Source of the DNA: Botryllus schlosseri
Lineage: Eukaryota
Direction of reading: 5' to 3'
DNA: 64,000 bases
NCBI GenBank assembly: GCA_051294905.1
Contig: CM119372.1
Span: forward strand, 21,888,001-21,952,000
Below, in pieces: positions 1-13,294 of this stretch. Below the pieces are notes generated by a model. The model saw only the letters and a program-made list of their open reading frames with translations, was not told the DNA's origin and ran no database searches. The translations under genes and the position numbers were made by a program. Numbering within the stretch: position 1 is the first letter of the stretch; every line of letters begins with the position of its first letter.

Positions 1-18
1 GAAGACACTGATAAGCTC

Positions 19-246
19 ATGTGCGGATTTGAAGGCGATGATTCTTTGCATTTTTGGGCGACTAGAAAGAATGAGTATCCAATGCTCTTCAGTGTGGTTC
101 AAAAATGCTGGTCAATTCCTGCATCTAGTGCGCTAGTGGAACGTGTATTCAGTAGATGTGGATTTATTATAAGTCCATGCCGCTTTAACATATCTGAGGA
201 TCTCCCTTTCACTTTAGTAGTTCTGGAGTGTAACTCATTGATTTGA
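19..246 (+). pseudogene. hAT transposase C-terminal dimerisation-domain remnant
   Basis: FWATRKNEYPMLFSVVQKCWSIPASSALVERVFSRCG matches the hATC pattern W..YP.L..A...LSIPASSA..ERVFS. Confidence 0.8.
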
Positions 247-359
247 TCTGCTGTCTGTGAAAACACACAATACCCTCCGTCCATTTGACGTTTTGTTAGG
301 TATGTGCATTGTGCACGTGAGTAATAATGAATGGCTAATGTTGTGTAATGTTTGTACAA

Positions 360-778
360 TAGGGCTGTTCAAAAATAACTTCTTTTTTATTTTACTGGTT
401 GGCTACTTGATAAAACTATTATGTAGCATAAAACGAACACTGAATCTGGCTTAATTTTGAAAAATAGAATCAATGATATGAGAGGAGAAAATTTTGGATT
501 TGAAAATAAATGGAGTAATTTTAGTGAGAAATTCTTTCATATAATATAATTACATACTAGTAGTAAGCCACCCTAATAACTTCGCTTCTTCTAGTTGGAA
601 TTGAGCCAAATTTGCCATGAATCATATTTTTACACAATCTAACCATATCACGAGGTAGCCGGTAGAATTCGAAAATCTCTATTTGTAATTAATCCAAAAT
701 TTTCTCTCATAGCATTGCTTTCTACTGGTTGGGATTGAGCCAAAATTAAGTTATTTTAGGCAATCTAACAATTTCAAG
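360..778. mobile_element. Degenerate copy of the palindromic TAGGGC MITE family
   Basis: Begins tagggctgttcaaaaataact, identical to the terminus at 28293; right end lost. Confidence 0.65.
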
Positions 779-1899
779 AAGGAGCCTCCTTTTTGAGATT
801 TTGTCCTCTTTTTTGAGAATTTTTGGTAAATGTAGGGCAAATTCGACTAAGATACGGTAAATCAGCACTGAAGTAACGCTCCGGCGGCTATTTCGTGAGC
901 TGAGCAGGAAAGTTGACCTTTTTTTATTCAAATACCTGATAATGTGAAAGAAAAACTGTACCTCTACATCTACATAAACATGCATATGTTGATTCTCTAT
1001 CAGCTGATATCTAGACGTGAATTCGTTGGTTATCTATAAGTTATTTGTGAGCTGTCGTCGATGTGCTCGTAATAAAAACTGAATGTGATGTATCAGACTG
1101 ACAAGACAGATATTTGATTTAAAGTTCTACGATTAGTTAACTTATCATATTGGCGGCCTGTCTCGTCTATCTGTAGCATCGGTAAATGAGGCCAGGACCT
1201 GTCCGTCATCTGCCTAAACATACATGTGCCAAGACTCTGGTAGGGACGAAATAAGCATGTTTGGCAAGCAAGGAATTCGATATCGCCCTAGATGGATTGG
1301 GAACATAAGTTAAACATGACTTCAATGCTGTGACTTGGACTCGGACTCGAGTCGGTGATGAATTGAAAATGACTCGACTTGACTCGAGTCAAAACCACAA
1401 AAGTAAGATTGACTCGTGACTCGGAACCATGTGACTTGGTTACAACCCTGATGAAAATCATACTCTAAAGCAGGGGCGGGCAACATACGGCCCGCTGGCC
1501 GGATCCGGCCCGCGACGAGATTTTGTCCGGCCCGCGGCAAGTTCCCTGTCTTACATGATAATGTGGCCCACGGCCACAGTCTGCCGAGATTCCCCACGTC
1601 AAATTTTAGTGACTGTATGTTATTATATACGTGTGCGCGCAGCGTGCGAGTGCAGTGCTTACGCGTAAGTTCGTCGAAGCGAGAAGACTTGCATTATCGG
1701 CATTTACCATGTGCTCAACCCTAATGAATTGATATCTTGGTAAATTTGGGGTACCGGGCTTATCGAACGCCTTGAAATCCTAACTAAGGATTGCACCATA
1801 GTTTCCAATACGGTGTGGACACAAGCAAATCTCACGGCTCAGAGAAATTGGTCTACGCCACACTTTCCATTTGGCTAATGGCAATTTGACGGTAATTTT

Positions 1900-2345
1900 T
1901 GACCGGCTTGCCGATCATTAAATTTGATAAAACTGGTATCAATCGAAAGCTACCGAGGTACTGATTGTGCAAATATAAATTTTATTCCGCTCATGGCACT
2001 GGAACCTTCCCAAATCAGCCTCGAATGTTGCATTATAACGGAGTTTGGTGTTTGGAGCCGCCTGAGCAGCTCAAGAACAAGTGCGCACGAGAGTGAGAGT
2101 GTGAATGCTCAATCGGTTGCGCAACGATGGCCAATACGCTAATGGTTTGCGATGCTCTCGCTTGCTCGCAGACGGCATGATGCTTGCGTCACAATACCAA
2201 ACTCCGTTACAATATAACATTCGAGGCTGATTTTGAGGGGTTCCAGTGCCACGAGCAGAATAAAATTTATATTTGCACAATCAGTACCGCGATAGCTTTC
2301 GAATGATACCCGTTTTATGTAATTTCGCGCTCGGCAAGCCGGTCA
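1900..2345. mobile_element. Long-TIR MITE nested in 1471-2714
   Basis: About 150-bp imperfect inverted arms: tgaccggcttgccga...ggagtttggt / accaaactcc...tcggcaagccggtca. Confidence 0.8.
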
Positions 2346-2584
2346 CTATAGGACACTATGATTGCACCGTGTTTTAATTGATCAGAGAGAAGCAGACATG
2401 GCGGCGCCTGTATGACTATGCTGTTCTCAAATCCACATTGTCTTCGTCATTATCGGCGAGAAATGGCTTTGAAGTGACATTGCTAACGTTAAAGTGCATT
2501 CATTAAATACGATTTATTCCGCGTATATGTGTATTAATGGGCGAATAATGTATCGATTCAGCAATTCGGACCGCCAAGTACTTA

Positions 2585-2686
2585 ATATTCCTATATCCTA
2601 TATTCCTATATCCTATATTCCTATATCCTATATTCCTATATCCTATATTCCTATATCCTATATTCCTATATCCTATTCCTATATCC
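2585..2686. repeat. 15-bp minisatellite (atattcctatatcct)n
   Basis: About 6.5 near-perfect tandem units; source of the spurious IPISY and GYRNI ORFs. Confidence 0.95.
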
Positions 2687-2983
2687 CGCCGACTGGAGAA
2701 GTTGCCCGCCCCTGCTCTAAAGTCTAAATGTTTTGATATTTTAACACTCTGCACAGTTCATATTTTGCACCAGCTATCTATATTAATGCAGTAGATGTGT
2801 AATTGTAGGCGTCATGTGGTTTATCTTTTTCTATGACTCAGTGTAAACGTGACGTTCCTGAAGGCTTGTAGATTAGCGTAAGTTTAGATTGCAGATTAGC
2901 GACTAATTTAATTAGTCTTGAAATTTTCTTCGCGCTGCGCGCGATTCAATTTCACTTCCCTTTTCGATTTTAATATAGTAGCG

Positions 2984-4995
2984 CAGTGCTTTTCAACCTT
3001 TTTGAGCTCCATTCGCACTTTTTTTGTAAAATAAATTTCATTCGCACAAACTATCCGAAAATTGTTGTACAAAAAGAAGGTGAAATACAACATTTGTTGT
3101 ACAACAAGTTGGCTACTATGTATCATAAGCAATCAAGTGTCTCATTAAAAAGGCTACTATATTTTCGCTCGGTTTGATTTCAGTTATTTCACTAACGCCG
3201 TTCTCGGCCAAACAAGTCGTTGGGTTTTGTACAAGAACATCTACCAGTGCTTGGAAGTCCAGGTCTTAAAATCTGTTCTGCCCTCCTATCCAAAATACAA
3301 CGTATTTTTCACGAGTGAAAAATGCTTGCTGTAAGAAATCGATTTTGAGAGCTGAAAAGAGGTCTAGGGGGCTCCAGTATGTCGGAAGGGTGAAAAACCC
3401 ACTTGTTTGTGTTGAGTCTTTTGCCTTATGTCTTGGAAAATAAGGTCCAAAAGATCAATGAGAGTAGGCACATTGGATCTCGCTATGCCTGTTGTCCCAA
3501 CTTTTTTTTCGATTTCCCATTTTTTGTCTCGCGAGTATGGGGAAAGAGCAAATAAACTCACCATACTGCTGTGTGTTCTGCTCTTTAGCTCAATCTAACT
3601 TGATAATTCATAACAGTTTAATAACGTCAGAGCAGCTTTGTAGACTACCACCAAAATCTGAGTTTTTGTGACATCTCGCAACATGAGCCTCGCCCATGAA
3701 AAGGAATTCATTTTTAATATTACAGTAGCAGTATGCTGCGATTTTACCGACATGCATGACATACAGAACGCGCCCACCACAATTCTATCCAACACAGCTC
3801 TGTACAAAATATGTCTGACTCACGCGATTTCAAATTAGGGGAATTAAATTCCTCTGTCGCAGTTGTAGGCTACTACTGTCTACTCAGATTGCAAGAACGG
3901 GACTATTCCGTGCCGACAACGGAGCATATCCATGTCGAATAGTTTGGCCATCCAGCATCGGTCATTTTTTGGCAGAGGTTTGGTCGACGCTTATGTTTTT
4001 GGCACCGCATTTAATCAGCGGGTTGTCGGCCAAAACTTTACTAATTCATGTGACCCGAAGCAGAAGGGGTTGACCTCGAGAAGAATGAGTCTCATAGACC
4101 TGAACTCGCTCGTTGCACATCCTTAGTCTCTACAATAGTTCATCCCAACGGTCTTCGACCCTGTTTTCCTGAAAAACCAGTCGGACAAATCTTATCATGA
4201 ATTCTCATGATAAAGCCATATTTGCTGCGTCTCTCGCTTATTGGCTACAGTAGGCTACCCTACACAGTGACCTTACATTTGTAAAATCTATCGCAGGATT
4301 TTTTGCAATAAATTCAACAAGTATTGCATAACATATAGCTCTGGCACCGTCTCGACCCAAAATTATACCCGTTGCGGTCCATACTTCAACAACCCTTGAA
4401 GGGGTTAACTTGCAAATGTGGCTCTATAGCCTAAATATGGCATTTACTACTATCCTCGTGCCTCGCACTAATCGAACAGTTATTATGAAAGTACGATGAT
4501 TGTTATGATTGCTTACTTGCTTAGCGAAAGAAAGCGGAAAGTCAAATTGACGTCATTTTTTCAGCCTGTCGCGGGCTCAGACGGGCTGATATGCTGTGCT
4601 GTATGTCTGCCACTACACAAGCTTCCAAACCTGGCTTTATGTAATACATAATAATTATAGTGCGAAAATATTAATTCACTACGGCTTGTGAGAGCTACGA
4701 TTAGTGGTGCGTCGTAAGTTGAACAAGTTTTTACAATTGCGTCGCGACAACAAAAGTTACACTGCCCTTGAATTTCGTATTAGGTTTATTTGAATTATTC
4801 CAGGTCAGAAAAATTACCAATTCACGATTTTCATTCGCACTCATCCGGGATTTTCATTCGCACCATTCGCACCACCTTCGTCATTCGCACTTATCCGGGA
4901 TTTTCATTCGCACCGTTCGCACCGCCTTCGTCATTCGCACTGCAATTTTTTTGGTTCGCACAGGTGCGAACCGTCACACAGGTTTAAAAGCACTG
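2984..4995 (-). mobile_element. Decayed Buster-family hAT element with transposase remnant
   Basis: TIR cagtgcttttcaacc / ggtttaaaagcactg, perfect TSD tagtagcg. Minus-strand peptides (QHT..LLNCYEL, LIFQDIRQK..GFSPF) echo Buster EHT.LL.H.EVRWLSRG..L.R.YEL and F..YFP..WI.NPF. Subterminal ttcattcgcac repeats at 4830-4960. Confidence 0.8.
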
Positions 4996-5420
4996 TAGTA
5001 GCGCTTTTTTGCCATCAGAGCCCCACAAAGATGCGAAAATCAGAGGAAATGATGTGCCTCATATAGAAATACCAACTCGGAATCGTGTGCTCCTCACTGT
5101 ACCGGCAATCCTGATGGCAGGTAAAGAAATAACAGCATGCAACAAAGTGACTAACAGCAATTGGCCCACCCGGAGATGCATCATGATTTATAACTTGCCC
5201 TAAATTCTCGAAAACACCCACTTTATCAACTCTACCGGTGAATCTGATCACATTGGCTGAGAAAGGTTAACGTTTGATAGTAATATGTACAACTACTTAT
5301 ATTAATGACGAGATTCATTGGTGAATCTATGAAAATTTTCGCGCTAGGCGCGAATGCGAGCTGTTCCATGCCATTTCTAGTGCCCACTCGCGATTTGGGG
5401 AGTATATAGTAAGCCTATAT

Positions 5421-6317
5421 CAGCGGTTCTCAAGCGCGGGTCCGCGAAGCATTTTCAGGGGGTCCGCAAAGCCTTAAAATATTTGATAACCTAATTTTTA
5501 TTTTTTTAATTCGGAAAATCGCTAGGAAGTTTCGCTTCATTACTAGTAAAACTCTAGAGCTCAAATCAACAGAATGGCCGTCTGAAATGAAATATCCTAC
5601 TGGGCAGATCATTTTAATTGCTAAATTACTAACATTTTGTTGTTTAGAGATTTTTGTTTGGGATTGTGGGAAAGAAAAGTTGGATGAGTAAGGTCAATAA
5701 CGGTGACTTCAAAATGTTTACAACAATCCGTTTTCTCCCGTTTGTTTGTTTGTTTTGAGGTATTCATGGTGTTTGTCGACTACTATGGTCTTTTACACCA
5801 GGCCGATATTCTTCATTTTATTCCGTAACAGCCGACTTGATGTGACGATTTTCCCATGATAATTTCAAGATGAGCTGCTGGATAAAAAAAAAATTGTTTG
5901 TCCATTTTGGTGCCATATTTGTTGCGATCATACCCAAGTGTGTCGTCAGACGCGCTCCGCGTTATTATTACACTCGCCGCTATCTATATTTGAGGAAATG
6001 GATTTTCGGCACTCGTTCAGGTCAAATCGAAGGCGCGGATTTTCAAGGCACGACCACCTATTTCAAGAAATTCAGTTGCAGAATTCGCTTTGAAATAAGA
6101 GAAGTCAACATAATTTCTACATGAATAGTATGATCTTATTTTCAAAAAAAGACTTTTTGTTGATGTTTATCACCAAAGCTATTAGTTATCATTTGCACAC
6201 GACAGATGACGATTGCACGATAATTGAGCTAAATTTGAACTAAAACTTCGTGGGGGTCCGCGGGGTCCGTGACGGTCTGAAAGGGGTCCGCGAAGACAAA
6301 AAGGTTGAGAACTACTG
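5421..6317. mobile_element. Non-autonomous hAT (Buster-type) element
   Basis: TIR cagcggttctcaa / ttgagaactactg; perfect TSD gcctatat; contains a SINE fragment at about 5740-5845. Confidence 0.9.
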
Positions 6318-6714
6318 GCCTATATCATTGAATAGACGAGTCCTGAGTTCACCGGAAATAGACATAGACACAGTAACATGGGTATTTAGCGCCCAGCTCG
6401 TTCTTTACGAATATGCCCAGGAATGCGTCCTTAAGCTACATGAGTAGTCGAAATGCGACCGTGAATGGCCAAAAGATTGGCCACACCTGGCGTAAAAGTA
6501 GGCTATCCACACATAGTAGAGGCGTGTTTGAAGCAAACATGGTTTTGATGCTGTCAGCATTGTGTGTCCTGGGACTGACCCAAAAGTGGAATTAGCAAAT
6601 CTATCAACAGATAGCTGATCACCAATTTAAATTTCAACCCGTTTTCTAAGAATCGGGACAACCGACTTTTATCCCTATAGTTTTGACAAAATGGTTTTTG
6701 AGGTCGACCATAGC

Positions 6715-8002
6715 CAGGGCTGTAACTGCCGCACCACAAACCCCCCAATTGGGGGGGGGCGAGCTCGAAGGGGGCCCAAAATTATTCCGTGAAATAGCAT
6801 AAATTATAGAGTATTTTTTGAAAATTTATGCAACTTTTTCAAAAAATGTTCGCGCCTTGCGCGATTTCAAGGTGCAGAATATCTTGAATATTGAGTACTC
6901 TTCCCCCAAGAAAAAATACAAACGATTTATAGCAATGGGCATATCGGCGTTGGCCATTACCTCGCCACGACGCACCAAGACATATAAAGTCTTAGACCAT
7001 GTGACATGCGACTGCAAGAAGTGTGCCAGAACGATAGGCAGAGAGAATGCCTTGGCCGAAAAGGACTCCCCTTCTGCTGACCGAAAACTTCGTTTTATAT
7101 ACGAAATACATGTAGGTTTAATTGTCCATAGGCGCCTAAATGACTGGCGCCTAAATGTTCCTGTCTTGGCAATCTGAACCTCACAAGACAAATACCACCC
7201 CGCAGGGAAACATTATATGCCAGGGAAGAAATACCAATTTGAAATCGTGTGATCTTTTAGTTTTGTACTTTAAGCGATTCTATATTTTTGATATAGCAGA
7301 CAGGAGGTCACGAAATAACATCATGTAACGAAGTCATACCAACGGGTCCGCCCGCCCGAAGATGTTTAATTATTATTTACGGGCTCTACCGGTAAATCTG
7401 ATTAAATGAGCAGAGAGGACAACAAATTGATAGCAATATACATGCGATTCCCGATCTTATTGACCGATTTTATCACGAAATATCGAAAATTTTTGCGCTT
7501 CGCGCTGGCTCGCTAAACAGTACATCTTTAATTTCGTAGCAAAAGCGAACAACGTGATGGCGGGGCGGTTTATCACCCTATGAGAAGCCAAGACTCAAGC
7601 TTTATTGGGGGGGGGGGGCTGACGAAGTGCTGTTTCGTTCCCGCCAACGGGTACACAATACACCCGGAGATGTTTAATTATTATTGAGGGGTCTTACCTT
7701 TTCAAACACACCTCACTCGTCTCTACCGGTAAATCTGATTACGTGAGCAGAGAGAGGATAAAAATTGACAGCAATATATATGCAATTCCCAATAATATTG
7801 CCCGATTCAGCCATGAATTATGGAACTTTTTTTGCGCTTCGCCCGTTTAGACGAGAAAAGCTGACTGACTAAACGGACACCCAATGTAGATGATATGTAG
7901 CGGTAAACAGCGTACAGCCTGAGGGAGGTTCGGTTTATTACCCTATGGGGGCCCTGGACCAACGTTTTGGGTGGGGGCTGACGAAGTGCTGTTACGGCCC
8001 TG
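6715..8002. mobile_element. hAT-type MITE with internal tandem duplication
   Basis: TIR cagggctgtaac / gttacggccctg; perfect TSD accatagc; roughly 300-350-bp unit duplicated (about 7341-7645 and 7645-7995). Confidence 0.9.
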
Positions 8003-8768
8003 ACCATAGCCTATAAAGTCTTTCCACTATTTCTGACGCGTGTATGATTCCGTCAAAGAACTGTTTGGTTGGTTTTAAATAAGCATATAGATTATCTCCA
8101 TGTCCTCTCTATATAATCAAATACCAATATTGTGTTTTGGTTTATAATCACAATTTTATATAGGACCGCGAATGGATTCAGATGTTGAATGCTGCGGCCC
8201 GCGAGCTCAAAAGTTTGCCCACCCCTGGCATAGCCGGAACTTTATAAGGCCGCACTAGTATTTTCAATCTTTTTATGGTCGTGGCCCACTTTGCGTTTCA
8301 AGAATATTGCGTCGCCTAGCTCTTAGTTTTGCTCGGAATTCCGCTTTTGTGATGATATAGCAGTGTTGGCAACAAGTCACTACATTCGAGTTACAAATCA
8401 CCTCGTGTAATTGCGCATTTTGACTCAGGTCAACACGATTTTCAAGGCGACTTGAGTCGAGTGTGGTCAAATCAAGACCAGTCATGAGTCAAGTCACAAT
8501 GTCTTGCTTCTGTAACTATATAAGTAACTGTATAGTCTCAGTCTATAATTCAGCCAAAATAATAGGATAGAAAACAAAAGTAATGTTTGAGCATATTGAT
8601 ATTATGTAGTTAACTACCCATGCACCTAGGCTACACAATACACATCCATGAGATACAATCTAAGCCTGGTCCAACTGTTGACGAGTAATTTACAATTATA
8701 AACTATATTAGTTCTATTTGCATCGTACAAGAGAGAAGTTTTGAGGTAAGCACCGAGCACTGTGAAAA

Positions 8769-9710
8769 GTGAATAGAATAGAGATATACTACTCACTTCT
8801 CCACTCTCACCTACAATATGGAAGCGCAGAATGGGGTAATGCATGCAAAATATTTTTGTGCAGAATTCGAACCCTGCAAATTCGTGCGATACGGTTGATC
8901 TCATCTGTACCTTTAGGTACCAAATTATCACCATACTACCGTAAGCATCGAATTTTGGGAGTTGACGAACTATCTTGCTTCGAAGTATCAAAAGTTACAC
9001 ACAAGTACTTCTCCAATAGTTTTCCTCATGTGTTTGATGACTTTTTCATACCTGCTAAAAATGTCCACTCCCATTACACGAGATCCTCGTCAAAGGGTAA
9101 TTAATATCTACTTACCCTCACCCAATAGTCACCTACCTAAGAGATCTAACGATAGGGTTACCATACATCCTCTTTTAAGAGGATTTTTCCTCTTTTTTGA
9201 ATTTTTTGAAAGCGTCCTCGGAGGACGCCCTTTTGTCCTCTTTTTTGAGATTTTGTCCTCTTTTTTGAGAATTATGGTCAAATTCGCGGCCAAATTCGAC
9301 TGATATGCCGTAACTTAGCACCAAAGTACGCTCCGGCGGGTATTTCGGGAGCTAAGCCGGAAAGTTGACCTTTTTTTTAGTCAATCGACCAAGATGTGGG
9401 AAAATTTTTACCGTATTCTCCGGTTTTGAAATTTTGAAAAAGTGTCCTCTTTTCAGATTTCCAAAATATGGTAACCCAATCTAACAACTACTCAGGACCA
9501 ATCATCTGGAATGCATTGCCACAACATATCCGTGAATTGCCTTACAGTAAATTCAAAAAAGACCTAATCAATTATCTCTTGTCGTCATATTAACACTGTT
9601 GCCCGACCTCGTCCGGACATTGCTTCATTGATCATACATACATACACAACAACGACAGTGGCGCTTATTGCCTGAAAAGGCCTTGTGCACCACGACAATG
9701 CATTTTGTAA
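8769..9710 (+). mobile_element. 5'-truncated CR1/L2-group LINE 3' end (ORF2 C-terminus and 3' UTR)
   Basis: YYSLLHSHLQYGSAEWGNA..LQIRAIRLI..HSHYTR, continuing after a MITE as YSGPIIWNALPQHIRELPYSKFKKDL..* (stop 9591-9593). Confidence 0.88.
9153..9479. mobile_element. MITE inserted in the LINE
   Basis: TIR tagggttaccata / tatggtaacccaa; TSD tctaacga / tctaacaa. Related fragments at about 780-930 and 58640-59041. Confidence 0.85.
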
Positions 9711-10007
9711 GTTCGGTGTCTTTGCTTTTTTATTCTTGTGGACGACTTCGCACGCTCGCACACTCCCACACTTTCATTCACCCTCGAATTTCTTGCGTCC
9801 ATTGACGGGTCTCTGCTGACTACTTTTGGAGCTCAGCTTACTCTTCCTCTGGGCTTTTCGAGACGCTGCGTTAACAGCGGGATCAGCGATGAGGAGCCCA
9901 GATAAACCTCCGACACATAGAAAACATGGCGAAGCCTAGGCTCGAACCAAGAACCATGATAATTTGCTACCATCGTTTTTTTTTCTTTTTAACTAATAAC
10001 ATTTTTT

Positions 10008-10213
10008 ACAGCCAGACTGTATAGAGGAAAGTGTACCTGTTTGATGCGGGTGTGATCAGACTAGTTGACCTTCAAGGTCGTCTTGATCATTCTTATCTGA
10101 TACCAAATAGTGTGCAGTGCAGTGTGCATGCCTATTTTCTGTACCGCAATCACTGCCGTCTGTTTGTTAAGTATTTTGGTTGGATGAAAATACATAGACT
10201 CTCTGTCTCTCTT
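10008..10213 (+). mobile_element. CR1 3' UTR fragment with (CT)n-like tail
   Basis: Colinear with 52259-52452; contains gactagttgaccttcaaggtc. Confidence 0.7.
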
Positions 10214-12445
10214 TGATATTAGATCACTTTGCTGCTAGCTTACGACAACGTCAGCTGTACGCTCTGATCACTTCGACTGCTGCCGATTTACTTGTGATGC
10301 AGCAATGGAGGCTCAGTAAAACGCACGTTCATTGAATTACATGTTGCTGTCGTAGGTCATACCAGCGTATCGCGAACAATCCGAATACATACAAAATATA
10401 CAGCGATTTAATCGACGATTACTTGATGACCTGAAATTAACTCGTAAATTTTGCTCCAGGGCACAATAGTCAATCCACATTTCTGAAACGCCGAGTCAAA
10501 TCAAGTCATTTTTGCAAAGTGACTCGGGTCAAGTCAAGTCGTACGAAGTTGCCTCTTGTTGTATACATGTAAAGTGTGAATGTGACGTTGCTGGTGGAAA
10601 TACATTCACTGAACGATACAGCCACAGTTTTGAATTAACGATAGCGACTTTTACAGACATAATGATCCTTACGTTATATTACCTTTTAAGACAAAGCAAA
10701 CAAACCTTCGTAAACTTTGAAGTCGCAATAATTATATACTGGAGTCTTGTCATGCTCATTCATCATTAGATAATAACCAGATGTCTTGATACCGTATCTT
10801 GATTTTAAGTCTTGGCATGATATACCTGCATAATATAATTGGAAAAATTATTGACATAATTAGCAAAACTAGAAGAGGAATATCGAAATGAAATGATATT
10901 CCTGTCTGGTATAACAAAAGTATTGAGAACTGGCGAATTACTATTGAACCAAGATACAAGAAAAGGATACTTTTATATGCTATAAATGACGATGTTCGTG
11001 GATCAAGCAGTTCATTCTTCACATTGTCTGGGAATTTCCATATCACTGATTATAAAATAGCTGCAGATCGTTTTTGTGTCTGTTTTACCTAATTCAGGGA
11101 CGCTAAATTCGAATTTGGTGTTATTTCGTTTCGGTCACATCACGTTTTTGAGATGAGATAAGTATAATTCATTTACAATTAAATAAAAAAATATTGAAAT
11201 TTTCATAAAACCGTCTTGAAAGGCAGATATTTTTATAATCAGAGCCCGAAAATTTTCCTTATAATAGCTATCGTTTGTGGGCAGTGGGGTAACTTTCTCC
11301 ACCAGTAATCTGTCATCATATGGCGATACCATCACTCATAGTAGCACTCATCCATATCCCTAAGGCAGGGGTGGCTTTATTTATCCCCACGGGCCAAATG
11401 AGAAGCAGAAAATACGTTGGCGGGCCGAGTCAAAAATTTTAACTATATTCTGCATTGTATTAATTTTATTTCTAGATCGAAAGCAGTGAATTACATTGGC
11501 AATACACGCTGCTCAGTGGCTGGTAATGAGAAAGTTATGGTTATTTAACAAAATATTATATTTATTCGCCGTCATAATTTAAAACTATTTTAAACATGAT
11601 ACATTTAAGCTATATTTAGTGCCAGACGCGTTTTTCTGTCAAGACATTAAAGTTTTTTTGGCATACTACAGAGCTTGTCTTGTTCGCTGCCTCACAAGCA
11701 GTGTGCAGCTTGGTGAAAAGGCCGAGCTTTTTGTTTAGCGAAGTCAGCAGTTCTTCCAAAATTCGTCCTCCCTTGGCCGAGTGTCTGTCTTTGTGCATTT
11801 TTCATGAGGACCGACTTAAATCATACTTGAACACGGCGACCTGCTCGGTACAAACTATTGAAGAGACGAATTCACCTTTTACCCCAGTAAACGAATATTT
11901 AGTGCTCCAAATCTCATTGGAACTTTGGCCTTCATCCCACATCAACTTTCTTTTTGTGACATGCCTGTTCATCAATTATGGGTGATGATGACTCAATCAT
12001 GCGCACTGGTTAACCTGTTTTACGAATTAGAGATTTGGAAATCCACAGACAGGATTTGAAAAGCACAGGCCGTGTAATGCGTAATGTGACAATAGCAACA
12101 AATAAGGTTTTAACTAAACTGTATGAAAACGGTGAACTCTTCTGACTTTGAATCTGGATTACGCATGTGACGTACAGGTTACGTAATCGCGGCACATAAA
12201 CGAGCTTCAACGTAAACGGATTTCCGGTTCAATTTATGCAGGCTATGGTTTTAGTCCGCGCGTTACCAACCAAAAGTATATTTCACATTTTGAATTCCAA
12301 GCAACTTTCACGGGCCGCTCAGAATCGCTTCGCAGGCCGCATTTGACCCACAGGCAGCACTTTGATCTGGTATGCAAGATCTTGGTGAAAGCGCTCACCT
12401 TGTTTTTCGCGGACATCTCAAAATTTTTAGGAAAGTGATATAAAG

Positions 12446-13117
12446 CAGGGGTTTCCAAAGTAGAGGCCGCGACCACAATAGGGTCATTTGCCTATTATCC
12501 AGGTTCGCGGAGACGAAAATTAAATACCAATGACTATTAGAAGAATTTCAATTATGCGGATGCTATCGTCCGCTTATTTCTACATATTTCAGTTCATTTT
12601 CCAAAATAGAAGGAAAAACTTAATGCGAACCTGCCAAACAAGATCAGTCGAACCGTCATTGAAAGCCCCACCTACTATAACGCAAGGTTTGTGTCTGGTC
12701 ATTAGTATGAAGATTAAAGTGTCGTTTACCTAGAGCCCTAGTCTCCTCCTCGCCATCTCATCCGCGTCAGAGGTGTCTAGAAGTGGGCCGTGCTATAAAT
12801 AGGAAGCTACGGAATAAAAACGAAGAAAATCGACCTAGTGAAAATGACCATAGTAGTCGACAAACACCATGAATAACGCAAACAAACAAAGTGTCGGTAG
12901 CATAGAAACCGATAGGATGGTGATATTTGATTCCGGGAAAATTACAAGTGACCGTTGGTGCTGTGTGTCAACAATATAATAATACTCAGGGCACCCGCAA
13001 TAATCGCGTAAATCGACACGTAGTAATCAGCACGCCAAATCGAGAGGTGGGTTCGCGAAAATTTTCAATTCAAATCGAAATCGGGGGTCGCGACTATAAA
13101 AAGTTTGGAAACCCCTG
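12446..13117. mobile_element. Buster-type MITE containing a SINE
   Basis: TIR caggggtttccaaa / tttggaaacccctg; TSD atataaag / atgtaaag; SINE 3' part at about 12725-12890. Confidence 0.88.
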
Positions 13118-13294
13118 ATGTAAAGGAATTGGTAGGCAGTGTAGCTTTATGCTCTGGTCATATTGCATGTCATCTCTTGCGTGCTAACAACAATAATTAT
13201 TTCACCAGGTCTCGATTGTTCACCACCTTTTTGTTGCCAAAGAAGTTGCAAACAACGAGTGGTGGTCTGTGACGAAGTTCTTCTACCTTTATGG

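Larger units (their letters stand above)
1471..2714. mobile_element. Non-autonomous hAT (Buster-type) element
   Basis: TIR caggggcgggcaac / gttgcccgcccctg; perfect 8-bp TSD ctctaaag (1463-1470, 2715-2722). Confidence 0.92.
2905..6490. mobile_element. Buster-type MITE (homologue of 26185-26937) interrupted twice
   Basis: Segments 2905-2983, 5004-5420 and 6326-6490 are colinear with 26315-26937; right end aagattggccacacctg. Confidence 0.75.

Noticed and set aside
2494..2754. Repetitive ORFs IPISY / GYRNI
   Set aside because: Translations of the 15-bp minisatellite inside a MITE; no splice or coding support.
7615..7645. CTGACGA...TTTCG as a hammerhead ribozyme core
   Set aside because: The two core motifs are on opposite strands and the flanking stems are absent.
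10756..11090. Hydrophobic minus-strand ORF and an open plus-strand frame (NDIPVWYNKSIENW)
   Set aside because: No convincing splice sites or family motif; possibly an old TE remnant.
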